Shown: positions 9,587-19,298 of the stretch, one piece after another
Position numbering within the stretch: the stretch's first letter is position 1
Layout: each line of letters opens with the position of its first letter
Virus record (IMG/VR): IMGVR_UViG_3300020153_000001
Span: 71,540 to 135,539 of that record
Length of the DNA: 64,000 bases
Reading direction: 5' to 3' (one strand)
DNA from: a virus
Made by a program: the position numbers and the translations under genes
The notes under the pieces: generated by a model
Databases searched by the model: none
Told to the model about the DNA's origin: nothing
The model's input: only the letters and a program-made list of their open reading frames with translations

Positions 9587-10964
9587 CGCACGCTCTAAAC
9601 TCGCTTATTAGGTCGGCGCTGTCTAATATTATGTCATAGCTTTCGCTTAACATAACCACTCCACACACTGGCTCATTTCTTGCGACGACTCTGACAATTT
9701 TACCGTCATAACAAGGTAGTGTGTCTTGTATATCGGCAACAAACACTTTGCTTAGCGTATTACAGTCAACTATAACCCAATGTCTTCCATCTGAGCATTC
9801 TGGCGATAGAGCAACTAAGCAATCTTCTGGCGCATAAATAGTCCCTCGTTGGTAGCAGTCATCGACAGCCCAATCGACGATGGCCCCTTCTGATAACGCC
9901 CCCTGCAAGGCTTTCATATAAGATGGGCGGGCGATGTATGCATATACCCGATATATAGACCTTGCCCTGACCACACCTAATATGCCGGTAGCTTGCGGCG
10001 GGGATGCGTGCTCGCACCCGAGTACGATACACTCCCAATCTTTCGGCACGCTTGCTAAGAATTCAGATACTTGTTCTGTGAAATTATCCGCAATATAGGC
10101 ACAGTCCTCCATGATAAGTACCGAGTCGACGCCGCTAGAAAAACCGTCATGCAGCGCTTGTAGGTGTGTCATTTGGCGGCCGAGGAGCCTATTATTTAGA
10201 CTTACTCGGCGTATAGCCTTGGATCTGTCTGCGTCCGTTAATTTATAAACAGTTGGGATGACAAACGGCCATCTAGACCCGTGTAGCGAGTCTATTAGCT
10301 TCGAGGCCAGGTTTGGACGATAGTCATTCTCAATTACATATGCACAACCGACAAACTTTTTAAGTTCTTCTTCCGAAAGCTTGCAGCCCCATTTACAAAT
10401 CGGACAGTGTTCTGTGGCCATTGCTATCTTATTCTGCCACGCTCTCGGGTCTCGACTTAATCGGCAACCACATATTTTGCATATCTTTTTGTCGTGGTCG
10501 TAATTAGAACAGGCTTGGCATATCTGTAGGATTTTATTTATCTCTTTGGCAGATCTAGTAGGTCTACCACTTGCTAGCCACCGTGTAAGCGCCTTTGAAT
10601 ATCTTACAGCGCGATTAATGATATTTGGCGTTTTCGAGCCTTGAACTTCTGTCGTGCCCTTTTTACATTGTGGTCTTCGAGATAATATAGTGATAGCTTC
10701 TTTGTTATTAACACTTCCTTTTAAAGCAACGTAGTCTCCGCATATCTTGCACGTCCAGTGTCGATTTCCGTCAGCTCTATAACTTTCTATCCATACGTGT
10801 CCGCCGACATTTAAAATCTCACTCTGCCAACCGCACGGCGGTAGCTTATCGAAGTCCGGCAATATTACAGAACCATCGGAGTTCCTAGCCAACCTAACAA
10901 TCGCGCCGCAACGGCTGCATTCAAGTAGAGTTTCTGTGATTTTGTTAAATGTGCAGGCCGACAT
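9570..10964 (-). CDS. Cys-rich protein with a central GT25-like glycosyltransferase domain and a C-terminal Cys4 repeat module
   Basis: Several CxxC clusters; THLQAL...VLIMEDC resembles GT25 SH..aw...vLIlEDD; the C-terminal module matches the repeats of the adjacent ORF. Confidence 0.55.
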   Translation of the reverse strand: MSACTFNKITETLLECSRCGAIVRLARNSDGSVILPDFDKLPPCGWQSEILNVGGHVWIESYRADGNRHWTCKICGDYVALKGSVNNKEAITILSRRPQCKKGTTEVQGSKTPNIINRAVRYSKALTRWLASGRPTRSAKEINKILQICQACSNYDHDKKICKICGCRLSRDPRAWQNKIAMATEHCPICKWGCKLSEEELKKFVGCAYVIENDYRPNLASKLIDSLHGSRWPFVIPTVYKLTDADRSKAIRRVSLNNRLLGRQMTHLQALHDGFSSGVDSVLIMEDCAYIADNFTEQVSEFLASVPKDWECIVLGCEHASPPQATGILGVVRARSIYRVYAYIARPSYMKALQGALSEGAIVDWAVDDCYQRGTIYAPEDCLVALSPECSDGRHWVIVDCNTLSKVFVADIQDTLPCYDGKIVRVVARNEPVCGVVMLSESYDIILDSADLISEFRACDECSA

Positions 10965-10971
10965 GACTCTA

Positions 10972-12993
10972 CTACTCCGGACAGCTAGACAATTCTGACA
11001 GGACTTCGACTGTAGGACGAACAGCGGTTACATATTCCAAGGCTGTCCCGTATTGTACAACGCCGTCTGCAATTCGCTTTATGGTATAAACCCGGTCTAG
11101 CGGCAATACACCGCCGTAATATTCGCTATCGCGGCTATCGCACAATTGCAGCCTTGTGTATATCTCAAAGTCGTAGCCACTACCCAACTCCGGACTATTA
11201 TTAGAACTAGACTCCGAACTGCTTTCATTACTTGACCCTGAAGAATCGATTGGGCTGGTCTGGGCGGGCAGAATCGGCTGGACTATGCGAGGGTCCTGTT
11301 GGCCTAAGAGCAATACGGCTTGGGCATTGGTAGCAGGGCAGTTAGATCCAATATAGATTGCCGGCCAAATTCGGTATCCTTCTGGCGTGGTTCTCCAGTC
11401 AACAGCAATGTAGGGGTCTTCATAATCGGTCCATACTCCTTCATACCAACCTTCTGCGTAAGCGACAGTCCCCGGGTCGTCGCAGAGATGAAAGATGGTG
11501 TAGGTCGTGCCCCCCGAACTGCTTTCGCTACTGGACTCGGAACTGGATTCACTACTAGACTCGCTACTGCTTTCGCTGCTGGATTCGGAGCTGGATTCGC
11601 TACTGGACTCGGAACTGCTTTCGCCGCATGGTAATACTAGTACGTCGTCCATTTGGGAAGAACTGCACAAGCAACCCTCCTTAAAGTAGAGCTCGATTAC
11701 GCTAAACTTTATGCAATTGCCATCGATAGTTGGTGGGCTTGCAAGGGCATAAGCCGTGGTTGTTATTCCATTACAACCACACAACGACTCTAGGCATTCT
11801 TCGCAAGATGAAAACGGCCCGGTTACATCTTCTGGAACAATAGACTCCGTCGGAGCGTTTTGGGTTACATAGCCACACGAGTAAATCCTACCATTAACCA
11901 TTACTCGTACTATAAGTCCTTGCAGAAACGGCAGTACGTCTTGATACCCCTCCAGCTTTATAAGCTTGTTAGGATCATTACAATCTTCTATAACCCAAGT
12001 ACAACGTAAGCAGTCGGTACTAACAACCTCGATAGTGAGAGTGTTAATGCCGACATATTTTTCGCCAGAGTAACCCTTTGTGACAGTGCCGCAGATGAGA
12101 ATATAGTCGCCTTCCTTTATCCTAATTACGACATTTCCTTCATACCGCCCGAGCTCGGTATGTAAAGATGGGAATAGTAGCTTTCTACTAGGATCATTAC
12201 AATCCTCTACTATATAGGTACATTCATCGCAATCATTTATGGTCTCCACGGTTAGCGTTTCGCTGGTATTAGTCTCTGTATATAGGCCCCTTTCCACTTT
12301 GCCGCACATAACAAAATTGGATCCTTCCAGGACGCGTACAAACTGACCTTCATAAGTGTCAAGACCAGGATATTCCGATAGATGGACTTTCCTGTTCTCG
12401 TCGGCACAGTCTTTTACATACCATTTCGGAATACACTCCTCGCAGTCTTTGTAAGGTCCAACAATCCGACGACCGCGCCGCTCTTCGCCGTCCTCGCTAT
12501 AAACAACCTTACCACACGCAACGACTTCATCGTTTTCGTCTAGTACTGCAACAATCAGGTCCACGTATCGCGATAATTCATAGTTTAATGCTGGAAAACG
12601 CAATATCGACTGCGTATTGCAGTCTTCTATACCATACTCGCACACGGAACACGTATCGAGAGGCTCGATTGTAGGTATATCGCTATGTTCTTCTTCTGTA
12701 TAATGCCCAAACTCAATCGTACCGCATACAACAACATGATCAACGTCAGTGACACGGACGAGAGTGCCCCGGCCAAGCTCTGCTAGCGCGTCCTGGCGAT
12801 GGACGACATAGACTCTTCTGTTACTGTCAAAACAGTCTACAACAACCCACACATCGGCGGCGCTAGAACTACTAGACGAACCTGAGCCGCCAGACGAACT
12901 AGATTCGCTAGATGAACTAGGCTCTTCACCGCTAATCGAACAAATATCGTCCGGCAACGGCTTAAACGCTAGTGTTGTATATCGCTTTGCCAT
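10972..12993 (-). CDS. Cys-repeat, Ser-rich protein (putative virion or surface protein)
   Basis: Five ~70-aa repeats (W/Y..EDC...CG.V...C..C) and poly-(SSSE) tracts; lies directly downstream of baseplate genes. Confidence 0.55.
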   Translation of the reverse strand: MAKRYTTLAFKPLPDDICSISGEEPSSSSESSSSGGSGSSSSSSAADVWVVVDCFDSNRRVYVVHRQDALAELGRGTLVRVTDVDHVVVCGTIEFGHYTEEEHSDIPTIEPLDTCSVCEYGIEDCNTQSILRFPALNYELSRYVDLIVAVLDENDEVVACGKVVYSEDGEERRGRRIVGPYKDCEECIPKWYVKDCADENRKVHLSEYPGLDTYEGQFVRVLEGSNFVMCGKVERGLYTETNTSETLTVETINDCDECTYIVEDCNDPSRKLLFPSLHTELGRYEGNVVIRIKEGDYILICGTVTKGYSGEKYVGINTLTIEVVSTDCLRCTWVIEDCNDPNKLIKLEGYQDVLPFLQGLIVRVMVNGRIYSCGYVTQNAPTESIVPEDVTGPFSSCEECLESLCGCNGITTTAYALASPPTIDGNCIKFSVIELYFKEGCLCSSSQMDDVLVLPCGESSSESSSESSSESSSESSSESSSESSSESSSESSSGGTTYTIFHLCDDPGTVAYAEGWYEGVWTDYEDPYIAVDWRTTPEGYRIWPAIYIGSNCPATNAQAVLLLGQQDPRIVQPILPAQTSPIDSSGSSNESSSESSSNNSPELGSGYDFEIYTRLQLCDSRDSEYYGGVLPLDRVYTIKRIADGVVQYGTALEYVTAVRPTVEVLSELSSCPE
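11516..11623 (-). repeat. 12-bp degenerate coding tandem repeat (SSSE)n
   Basis: About 9 synonymously diverged units encoding GESSSESSSE... Confidence 0.85.
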
Positions 12994-13018
12994 ACTACTA
13001 TCCTTTTTTAACTATTGA

Positions 13019-14407
13019 CTATTGCGCGTTCACTTGTAATAAAGGTTTCGTACCATCTTGAACGTACTCGACGACGGAAATAAATTGCATGTCCGGCGCT
13101 ACATTAGCAGGTAGTATAATCGCAGTAGCGCATCTATAGAAAAATCTAACCATTACTTCGGCTGGATTTATTGTGCTAAGGTCTTCATAGTATTCGGACA
13201 AAAGGTTGTATAACATAACATCCAACGTTCTCTCTCGCTCGCGTACTCGATCCCAAAACAGAGTCACATCGTTAGAGCTACCTTCTAATGGCCAGCTAAT
13301 CTCATAGCCACGCGCAGTTTCGACTATTGTTGTTTGAACAGTGTTGTTTACGGCGTATATAGTGTTCGATGGTCCTGATACGATAATCGAATCCTTTTCT
13401 AGGTGCCGTTGCGACACATCTTCTAGCTCTCTAACAGATGCGTTTTCGGCTGTACGCTCCGCACTCACCAGTGTCAATATACCATCGGGATATATCGGTA
13501 TCTTTGGAACATATGAAGGCACGACGCCGTCGTGAAAGTCTATAACATTGAAGCCTTCCACGAGCGGCGTCCATTTTGTGAGCTTGTCGTTTTCTGAAAC
13601 AGCAAGTTCAAACGATGACGATACAAAATATTCCATTTTATCTGTTTTAACAAGATTACCACCTGTAACCGGGGTAATGTCCAAAACTATTTCCGATTCG
13701 GCAACAGAGATGGGGATCTCATAGTATAAAGCTGCTAAACCCCTAAGCCTCGCTGGCGTTAGTCCTTTGGCTAGCGCCTCCACCATCAGCAGCGTAAAGA
13801 GTAAACGATCGTAGTAGTCGTCGACGCATTTGTTGTTGACATCAATGAGGTATGTGAAGAATCTATCTAGTAAGGATGAGTTCAGAAGCGTAGCATTCTT
13901 TAGCCACAAAACATAAAAGTACCGCTGCCCGCCGCCATAGTAACCATAAAAGGACGCTCGCGGATCGCTAAGAAAGTACAAGTAGTCGCCGTCTATATAG
14001 AACTCATCATCCCATGTAATAGTTGGATCGAACGGCTTATTTACAATAGCTTCTATGCTGAATATATGCGACGGCAACGGTACCCGATACTGTCCACTTA
14101 CAGCCTGAATATCGTCATCGCTGATAATTAATGGAATGTGCTTGTATTTAACGACCGGAGAGAATTTGTCGAGTATCGAGCTAAGATCGTAAGAGAAGTC
14201 GCTTATTATTAGCTCGTAAATCTTATAGTGCGACTTAAATACAGCATCTACCAAGGACTCATGTCCTGGCATCGCGGCCGTGAAGCTGTCCCTTATAGCC
14301 AAAAAGCTGTCCAAAGGGATGGATACATCTATAGATGGTATATCAATCGGTCTGTATATAGCGCTTATCGACCTGGATGTAGCCGTACCATCTCGCCAGG
14401 TAATCAT
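13019..14407 (-). CDS. putative baseplate/tail structural protein
   Basis: Long ORF directly after baseplate J; start reassigned to the ATG at 14407, immediately after the palindrome. Confidence 0.45.
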   Translation of the reverse strand: MITWRDGTATSRSISAIYRPIDIPSIDVSIPLDSFLAIRDSFTAAMPGHESLVDAVFKSHYKIYELIISDFSYDLSSILDKFSPVVKYKHIPLIISDDDIQAVSGQYRVPLPSHIFSIEAIVNKPFDPTITWDDEFYIDGDYLYFLSDPRASFYGYYGGGQRYFYVLWLKNATLLNSSLLDRFFTYLIDVNNKCVDDYYDRLLFTLLMVEALAKGLTPARLRGLAALYYEIPISVAESEIVLDITPVTGGNLVKTDKMEYFVSSSFELAVSENDKLTKWTPLVEGFNVIDFHDGVVPSYVPKIPIYPDGILTLVSAERTAENASVRELEDVSQRHLEKDSIIVSGPSNTIYAVNNTVQTTIVETARGYEISWPLEGSSNDVTLFWDRVRERERTLDVMLYNLLSEYYEDLSTINPAEVMVRFFYRCATAIILPANVAPDMQFISVVEYVQDGTKPLLQVNAQ

Positions 14408-14427
14408 TTTTGACTCCGGAGTCAAAA
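14408..14427. repeat. 20-bp palindrome, copy 3 (the entire intergenic spacer)
   Basis: Minus strand reads TAA-TTTTGACTCCGGAGTCAAAA-ATG. Confidence 0.97.
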
Positions 14428-16035
14428 TTATGAAACCAGGATAGACACGTTCTGGGGATATTGAACTAGTGCTGTGTTCTTTCCAGAAACGCCATAAGCA
14501 GATAATGTAGGCACACAAAGGCTGCTAGAAAATCCGATTGTGTAATAAGTAAGATTAGGTAGCAGGATAGATCCCCCAAATGTGGTATTTGTTATATAAA
14601 CTCCAGACGGTAGTAATGAATTAACTGCATCAGCTAGGTCGGCGCCGTAAACGCATTCTTCAAACATGAGCGAGTTGATAAACTCGCTTGCTTTTGCCTT
14701 TATCGCATTTGCTATTTCATCCGACACGGTTTTTGTTAAATAAATTCTCGTATTAACGTGGCAAATGAATGGCGCTTTTACCAGTATGTCTAGCCCGACA
14801 GGCCTAATCTCGTCACAAGATAGGTATTTTTGCGCGCTATCGACAGCGGGCATATGATAAATAGTAGCATAATAATCTTGCGTTCTTGTTCCGACCTCTT
14901 CCGGTAATACTTCAGTATCGGTGTCGACGAATTCAACTGTTATTTTATGAAACGGCGAAAAAACACCCTCTGCGATACTTGCTATATCCGGAACGAATGG
15001 AAAACCTGTAGGGTTTAGATCAAGGCTAGCTGTTTGCAATGTTATTTCGTATCCCTCGTCGGTAGGCAGCGACGTAATAGATCTTACTTTTGTGACTAAG
15101 TACGATACAGGACACAAGCCCCTCCCAACTGTAAACGACCAGATACCATCATTATTAGAGTTAATCCCTATCAATGTAGCTGTTACGCGTTTTGTTGTGT
15201 AAATAGGTGTTCGCAGAGTTCTTACATAGATATCAATCTTGCCGCCTATAGAAACGGGCAATATACCGCGACGGTCTCGCTGCATTTCGGCGTCATTGGC
15301 GCCAATAACAGATACTGCAATAGTTCCGAGTAGATTGTTGTCATAGTATTTGTTCGTGGAGGCTGTTCTTAGTAGCGAAAGAACCTGTGTGTTGTTAGCT
15401 AGCCCCCTAATCCCAAGACCAGCCAATATCCTGTTTGCAGCTTCTTTGGCGGTTTCGGGATCTGCGCCTCCGTAGAACGACGACGACAAGATCGCGTAAA
15501 GATTAGGTATTTCGAGCGTAGTCGAAAGCGGCGTGTTTTCTTGAATATTATAAACGGACCCGACGGACGTGGCCTTTAATGGCACATCAAACCCCCAATA
15601 AGGACCAACTCGTACTAATATCCGATCTTCCGGACTCAGTCTATATTCTTCAGAAGGAATAGCTCTTACAGTCTCTGTCGATTCGTACGACAGATTGCTG
15701 GTGGTAGTGAATATGGTACCGGCTGGTATCGTGATTACAGATGTCGAACTAACTAGTATTGTGGCCGAGCCTGTGGCGTAGAGACCGTCGCTAATAGAAA
15801 CGCCCAGCCCTTGTAAGAACGATCTAGCAACATCCTCATCGACCAGTCCCGCTACTATATTCTGTAGACCGACCGATTTGAGTTTTCGCTCCACGTCGTC
15901 GGAGATATATCCATATATGGCTGTGGCGGGCTGAACAAGCAATCGATCTATAATGTTGTTCTGGAATGATATATCAGGAAACTGAGAAGAAAGGATGCCT
16001 AATAGGGTTTGCCGAATTGTTGTCACATCAGCCAT
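14428..16035 (-). CDS. baseplate J-like wedge protein
   Basis: ATGSATI...ITIPAGTIF and GGADPETAKEAANRI motifs typical of baseplate J/gp47. Confidence 0.75.
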   Translation of the reverse strand: MADVTTIRQTLLGILSSQFPDISFQNNIIDRLLVQPATAIYGYISDDVERKLKSVGLQNIVAGLVDEDVARSFLQGLGVSISDGLYATGSATILVSSTSVITIPAGTIFTTTSNLSYESTETVRAIPSEEYRLSPEDRILVRVGPYWGFDVPLKATSVGSVYNIQENTPLSTTLEIPNLYAILSSSFYGGADPETAKEAANRILAGLGIRGLANNTQVLSLLRTASTNKYYDNNLLGTIAVSVIGANDAEMQRDRRGILPVSIGGKIDIYVRTLRTPIYTTKRVTATLIGINSNNDGIWSFTVGRGLCPVSYLVTKVRSITSLPTDEGYEITLQTASLDLNPTGFPFVPDIASIAEGVFSPFHKITVEFVDTDTEVLPEEVGTRTQDYYATIYHMPAVDSAQKYLSCDEIRPVGLDILVKAPFICHVNTRIYLTKTVSDEIANAIKAKASEFINSLMFEECVYGADLADAVNSLLPSGVYITNTTFGGSILLPNLTYYTIGFSSSLCVPTLSAYGVSGKNTALVQYPQNVSILVS

Positions 16036-16051
16036 GGTTTATTGTCCTTAT

Positions 16052-16492
16052 TTACTGTAAACTGAACTGGTATTTGCACGAAATATCGATACCGTCAAGA
16101 TCGTTAAGCTGAAACTGTACTTTCATGGTATTGTTTTCGATAGTGCTCGTTACGTTCCCGACAATCTGCACGACGTGCTCGTTAGAGATAGTTTTGACGA
16201 GAATGTTGGTATAATACCATCTTACAAAATCTCTTAGCGTCTTGCTGAATAAGTCGTTTACGATGCTACTTGTCAGGGCGCCCGCCGAGTAATATTGTCG
16301 ACACAGGACCAAAAACGGCGAGCCAAAATATGGATCTGAATACTCAGATATGCTTTCGGGCGTTGTTGACGCATACGCATATAATAGCTGTTCTATGTAG
16401 ATGTTTTTGTCTGTGGCTAGTTGATACGGCGGCGACAGGGCCGTTAGCTCGCCAGACTGATCTTTCTTGTACAAACAGATATCGTATATCAT
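16052..16492 (-). CDS. putative baseplate protein (gp25/GPW-like?)
   Basis: Position before baseplate J; weak T.P......P.FGS motif. Confidence 0.4.
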   Translation of the reverse strand: MIYDICLYKKDQSGELTALSPPYQLATDKNIYIEQLLYAYASTTPESISEYSDPYFGSPFLVLCRQYYSAGALTSSIVNDLFSKTLRDFVRWYYTNILVKTISNEHVVQIVGNVTSTIENNTMKVQFQLNDLDGIDISCKYQFSLQ

Positions 16493-16851
16493 CTCGTAGA
16501 TTCCCTTCCTTCTACCGCAAAGTCGTCGACTATAGTCTTGGTAAACATCGGCAGCCGCGTCGATAAATTGCTAGAAATAATAAACGCCCTGCTAGGCGTT
16601 AGGTTCCTCAATAAAAACGCCCTATACATCGCAAGACTGTAGGCAGACTTCAACTGAGCCGTTATCATCTTGCCATCGCTAGCGCGTCGTTCTTGTAACA
16701 CCTCAGCCGGTGTTTTGCCAGAGGCTTGTTTAAAGACGTTATATGCGCTTTCTCCACCATCGTTTAAAGATATATCTTCAGGAACAAACCAATCACTAGC
16801 GCCGTTACTGACGCTAATCATTTCCGACCACATATCGAATATATCAGACAC
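16489..16851 (-). CDS. hypothetical protein (120 aa)
   Basis: ORF overlapping both neighbours. Confidence 0.55.
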   Translation of the reverse strand: MSDIFDMWSEMISVSNGASDWFVPEDISLNDGGESAYNVFKQASGKTPAEVLQERRASDGKMITAQLKSAYSLAMYRAFLLRNLTPSRAFIISSNLSTRLPMFTKTIVDDFAVEGRESTR

Positions 16852-17659
16852 TGTATTTTCCTTTCTGTAACTGATACCAATACTTGATCCGCTCTTCTAT
16901 CTCGGCAATACGCTGACTAACCCTACCAGGGCTTAAGTGCAGCTTTTCTGCTATCTCTTTCTGCGGCGTTTTATTTCTGCCGTGAAGCCCGTAATAGAGC
17001 TCTATAATCGCCTTGTCAATTGGATCAGCATCTATGTAAGCTAGCTCAAGCAGCTGCGTAAAGGCATCCGTCGTGGCAAGCGGAGAAGTAGGGATTTCAG
17101 ATATTCCCTCCGCCGTTTGTCTGACAGTAGTAGCTTCGGGTAGTGCCATCCTGCCCTTTTGTCGTATTTTCTTTATCCTTTCAATGGAAAGACCCGTGTA
17201 GTCCGCCAATTCTTCCGTATTTGGTAGCCTGCCCAGCGTCTGCACTAGCTCCTCTTCAGCGTTATTAAGCATAGTAATATCCATCGACACCTGCTCTGAC
17301 TGCCGTATTATCTGTCTTGTCTGGCCGCCAAGTCGCTTCAGGCGTTGTAAATTTAGGAAAACATGGTTAGTTAGGGGGCCTTTAGATGGATCGTAAGATT
17401 TAATAGCGTCTATGACTAGTTTTTTGGCCCTCGTCCGAAGACTGGGCGTGTCGGCTATATCGGCGGCGTAGTAGTGAATGGCATAGTCTAGTAGACTATT
17501 CATTTTATCGACCAAAGCCGTCATGGCATCCGGTGACTTTGTCTTAACCCAGCTTTCGTACAGGGGAATATACTCTTCTTCCTTAAATTTGTATTTCGAT
17601 CCTGCCTGACCTGTTTGCCTTCTTTCTAGAATAATATCTAATAGCGACCTTTCCAGCAT
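16844..17659 (-). CDS. RNA polymerase sigma factor (sigma70 family, FliA/sigma28-like architecture)
   Basis: Region 2 (AIKSYDPSKG), region 3 (LGRLPNTEELADYTGLSIERI) and region 4 HTH (QKEIAEKLHLSPGRVSQ). Confidence 0.85.
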   Translation of the reverse strand: MLERSLLDIILERRQTGQAGSKYKFKEEEYIPLYESWVKTKSPDAMTALVDKMNSLLDYAIHYYAADIADTPSLRTRAKKLVIDAIKSYDPSKGPLTNHVFLNLQRLKRLGGQTRQIIRQSEQVSMDITMLNNAEEELVQTLGRLPNTEELADYTGLSIERIKKIRQKGRMALPEATTVRQTAEGISEIPTSPLATTDAFTQLLELAYIDADPIDKAIIELYYGLHGRNKTPQKEIAEKLHLSPGRVSQRIAEIEERIKYWYQLQKGKYSV

Positions 17660-17750
17660 AATATATCTCCGCGAAGTGATAGCTAAAAATAAAAAACTCC
17701 GCCAAAACCAATTATACCTTAAATAATCACAAGGCTCTATTTGCTACATA

Positions 17751-17770
17751 TTTTGACTCCGGAGTCAAAA
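17751..17770. repeat. 20-bp palindrome, copy 4
   Basis: Exact match, intergenic between csx15 and the sigma factor gene. Confidence 0.95.
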
Positions 17771-17800
17771 ATAGAACGTAGAAGCGTTCTAAAATTAGCT

Positions 17801-17837
17801 AAAAAGAGAGAGCACCGGCCGAGGGGGCTCGGCCGGT
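17801..17837 (-). terminator. intrinsic terminator after csx15
   Basis: ACCGGCCGAG/CTCGGCCGGT stem, then CTCTCTCTTTTT on the minus strand. Confidence 0.7.
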
Positions 17838-17846
17838 ACTTCCCCC

Positions 17847-18224
17847 TCATCGTTTATTCCGGGCCGAGTCCCGGGCCGCTTGCAGATTAATAATTTCCGC
17901 CACTTCGTATTGTGGCGGAGTAGTTTCGCCGGGGCGGAGGCGCAGGATGGGTGGGAAATAACCCATCCTGCCGTGCAGTTCGGCTAGAACGGCGCAGGCA
18001 GCCGAAGCCAGGGACGGCGGATTGACCAGAATGGGAAGGCTTTGCCACTGGTCGGGCGTGAGCCCGACCTCATCGAGCAAGGCGGCTGCCTGCTTGGGGA
18101 AGGAACAATTGTGGTCAAACTGGCACTTTACGTTTATCACTTTCGTGACCAGTTTACCCGTTAGAGCCTGGATCTGCTCCTGCTGTTGTGCCGTGATGGG
18201 GTGTGCAAAGTTGATCAAGATCAT
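17847..18224 (-). CDS. csx15: Csx15-family type III CRISPR ancillary protein (ring-nuclease-like)
   Basis: MILINFAHP...ILVNPPSL...LAELHGRMGYFP.ILRLRP...YEVAEIINLQ..R.. recognised from memory as the Csx15 signature; AAGGAG SD. Confidence 0.78.
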   Translation of the reverse strand: MILINFAHPITAQQQEQIQALTGKLVTKVINVKCQFDHNCSFPKQAAALLDEVGLTPDQWQSLPILVNPPSLASAACAVLAELHGRMGYFPPILRLRPGETTPPQYEVAEIINLQAARDSARNKR

Positions 18225-18391
18225 TTCACTTCTCCTTTAAAAAAAGCCCAACTCCGGCGCCGCCACGGCGGCAGCGCCACCAAACTTAATTGCCTAGAAA
18301 ATGGCCAAAATTTAGCCGCCTAGTCCCGGAAAACCGTTAATTTTTAGATTATGCGGGAGCCGACACGCGACAAACTATAGATTAGAAACAA

Positions 18392-18417
18392 AAAACTGCG
18401 CTAATTAGCGCAGTTTT
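18392..18417 (-). terminator. 26-bp palindromic terminator after the HD gene
   Basis: AAAACTGCGCTAATTAGCGCAGTTTT perfect palindrome. Confidence 0.6.
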
Positions 18418-18453
18418 CCGTGTTAAGAGTAAAAATTTAAGTAGATAAAAAGG

Positions 18454-19068
18454 TCATTGTGGCATATTTTGTGATCGTACTAGGTGCTTGCATAAAGCTC
18501 GCCTAAATATGGGCTTTGCAAGCCATCTTGCCTTAGCAAAGTCCCACCACGTAACGCATACACTGTCGGCGTAATCAGCATATTTCTCAAAGTCCATGTC
18601 CCATATTGGTAGCTCGCCCCTAGATGCCACAATTCGCTTTACTTCGTTTACTAAGGCGAGGTTGTCAGCAACTTTGACGCGTTTATCGTCGAGTATTGCT
18701 GGGTCCAAAAACGCGGCCTTGCTTATTACTTCTATTAGTTGACGTTCATATTTCTTATGGACGTGCATTCCGGGTAGGCCTCTTATTGGACTGATTATAT
18801 CTCCTATAAACGCTTCTGCCGCGTCGTGTATTAATGCGGCAATATGGATGTCCTTGTCCTGCGGCCATAGCTTCCTGGAAATGATGTGAGCGAGGACGCT
18901 GTGGCTCAAAACGCTAAAAAACTTTGTACAATGCCCCTGAAATCGGCAAATCTTGCTTAGACTGCTTATGATTTCCTCCCAGTCTATATCGTGCGGAGTT
19001 AGCTTTCTTATATCTATGACCCTGCCTGAGGCTGTTTCAAACCTTCCACGGTGCTTATAACGACTCAT
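18454..19068 (-). CDS. HD-domain phosphohydrolase (YfbR/YfdR-like 5'-deoxynucleotidase)
   Basis: CRFQGH...FSVLSHS...ALIHDAAEAFIGDI...VADN. Confidence 0.85.
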   Translation of the reverse strand: MSRYKHRGRFETASGRVIDIRKLTPHDIDWEEIISSLSKICRFQGHCTKFFSVLSHSVLAHIISRKLWPQDKDIHIAALIHDAAEAFIGDIISPIRGLPGMHVHKKYERQLIEVISKAAFLDPAILDDKRVKVADNLALVNEVKRIVASRGELPIWDMDFEKYADYADSVCVTWWDFAKARWLAKPIFRRALCKHLVRSQNMPQ

Positions 19069-19122
19069 AACGTTACTCCTACGGCTAAAGCGGCTTCATA
19101 TATTATAGCCAAAAAATCAACT

Positions 19123-19142
19123 TTTTGACTCCGGAGTCAAAA
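19123..19142. repeat. 20-bp palindrome, copy 5
   Basis: Exact match, upstream of a GGCTATAAT -10-like element for the HD gene. Confidence 0.95.
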
Positions 19143-19240
19143 ATTACATGGTCATTATAGTAGGCAAAATAGACTGATAAATCTAGTCGTGGGCAGTTTC
19201 TTAGGAAACATCCGTAAGAATCGTTTCGATAGAATAGCTA

Positions 19241-19291
19241 AAAAAGAGACAGCCGGCCTACCCGCAGTTTGTACAAACTACGGGTAGGCCG
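19241..19291 (-). terminator. intrinsic terminator
   Basis: CGGCCTACCCG/CGGGTAGGCCG stem, then GTCTCTTTTT on the minus strand. Confidence 0.7.
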
Positions 19292-19298
19292 ACCATTT

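Noticed and set aside
11516-11623. 12-bp tandem repeats (also 32602-32722) as CRISPR or mobile repeats
   Set aside because: They are in-frame coding repeats (SSSE, PEPK) with synonymous variation and no spacers.
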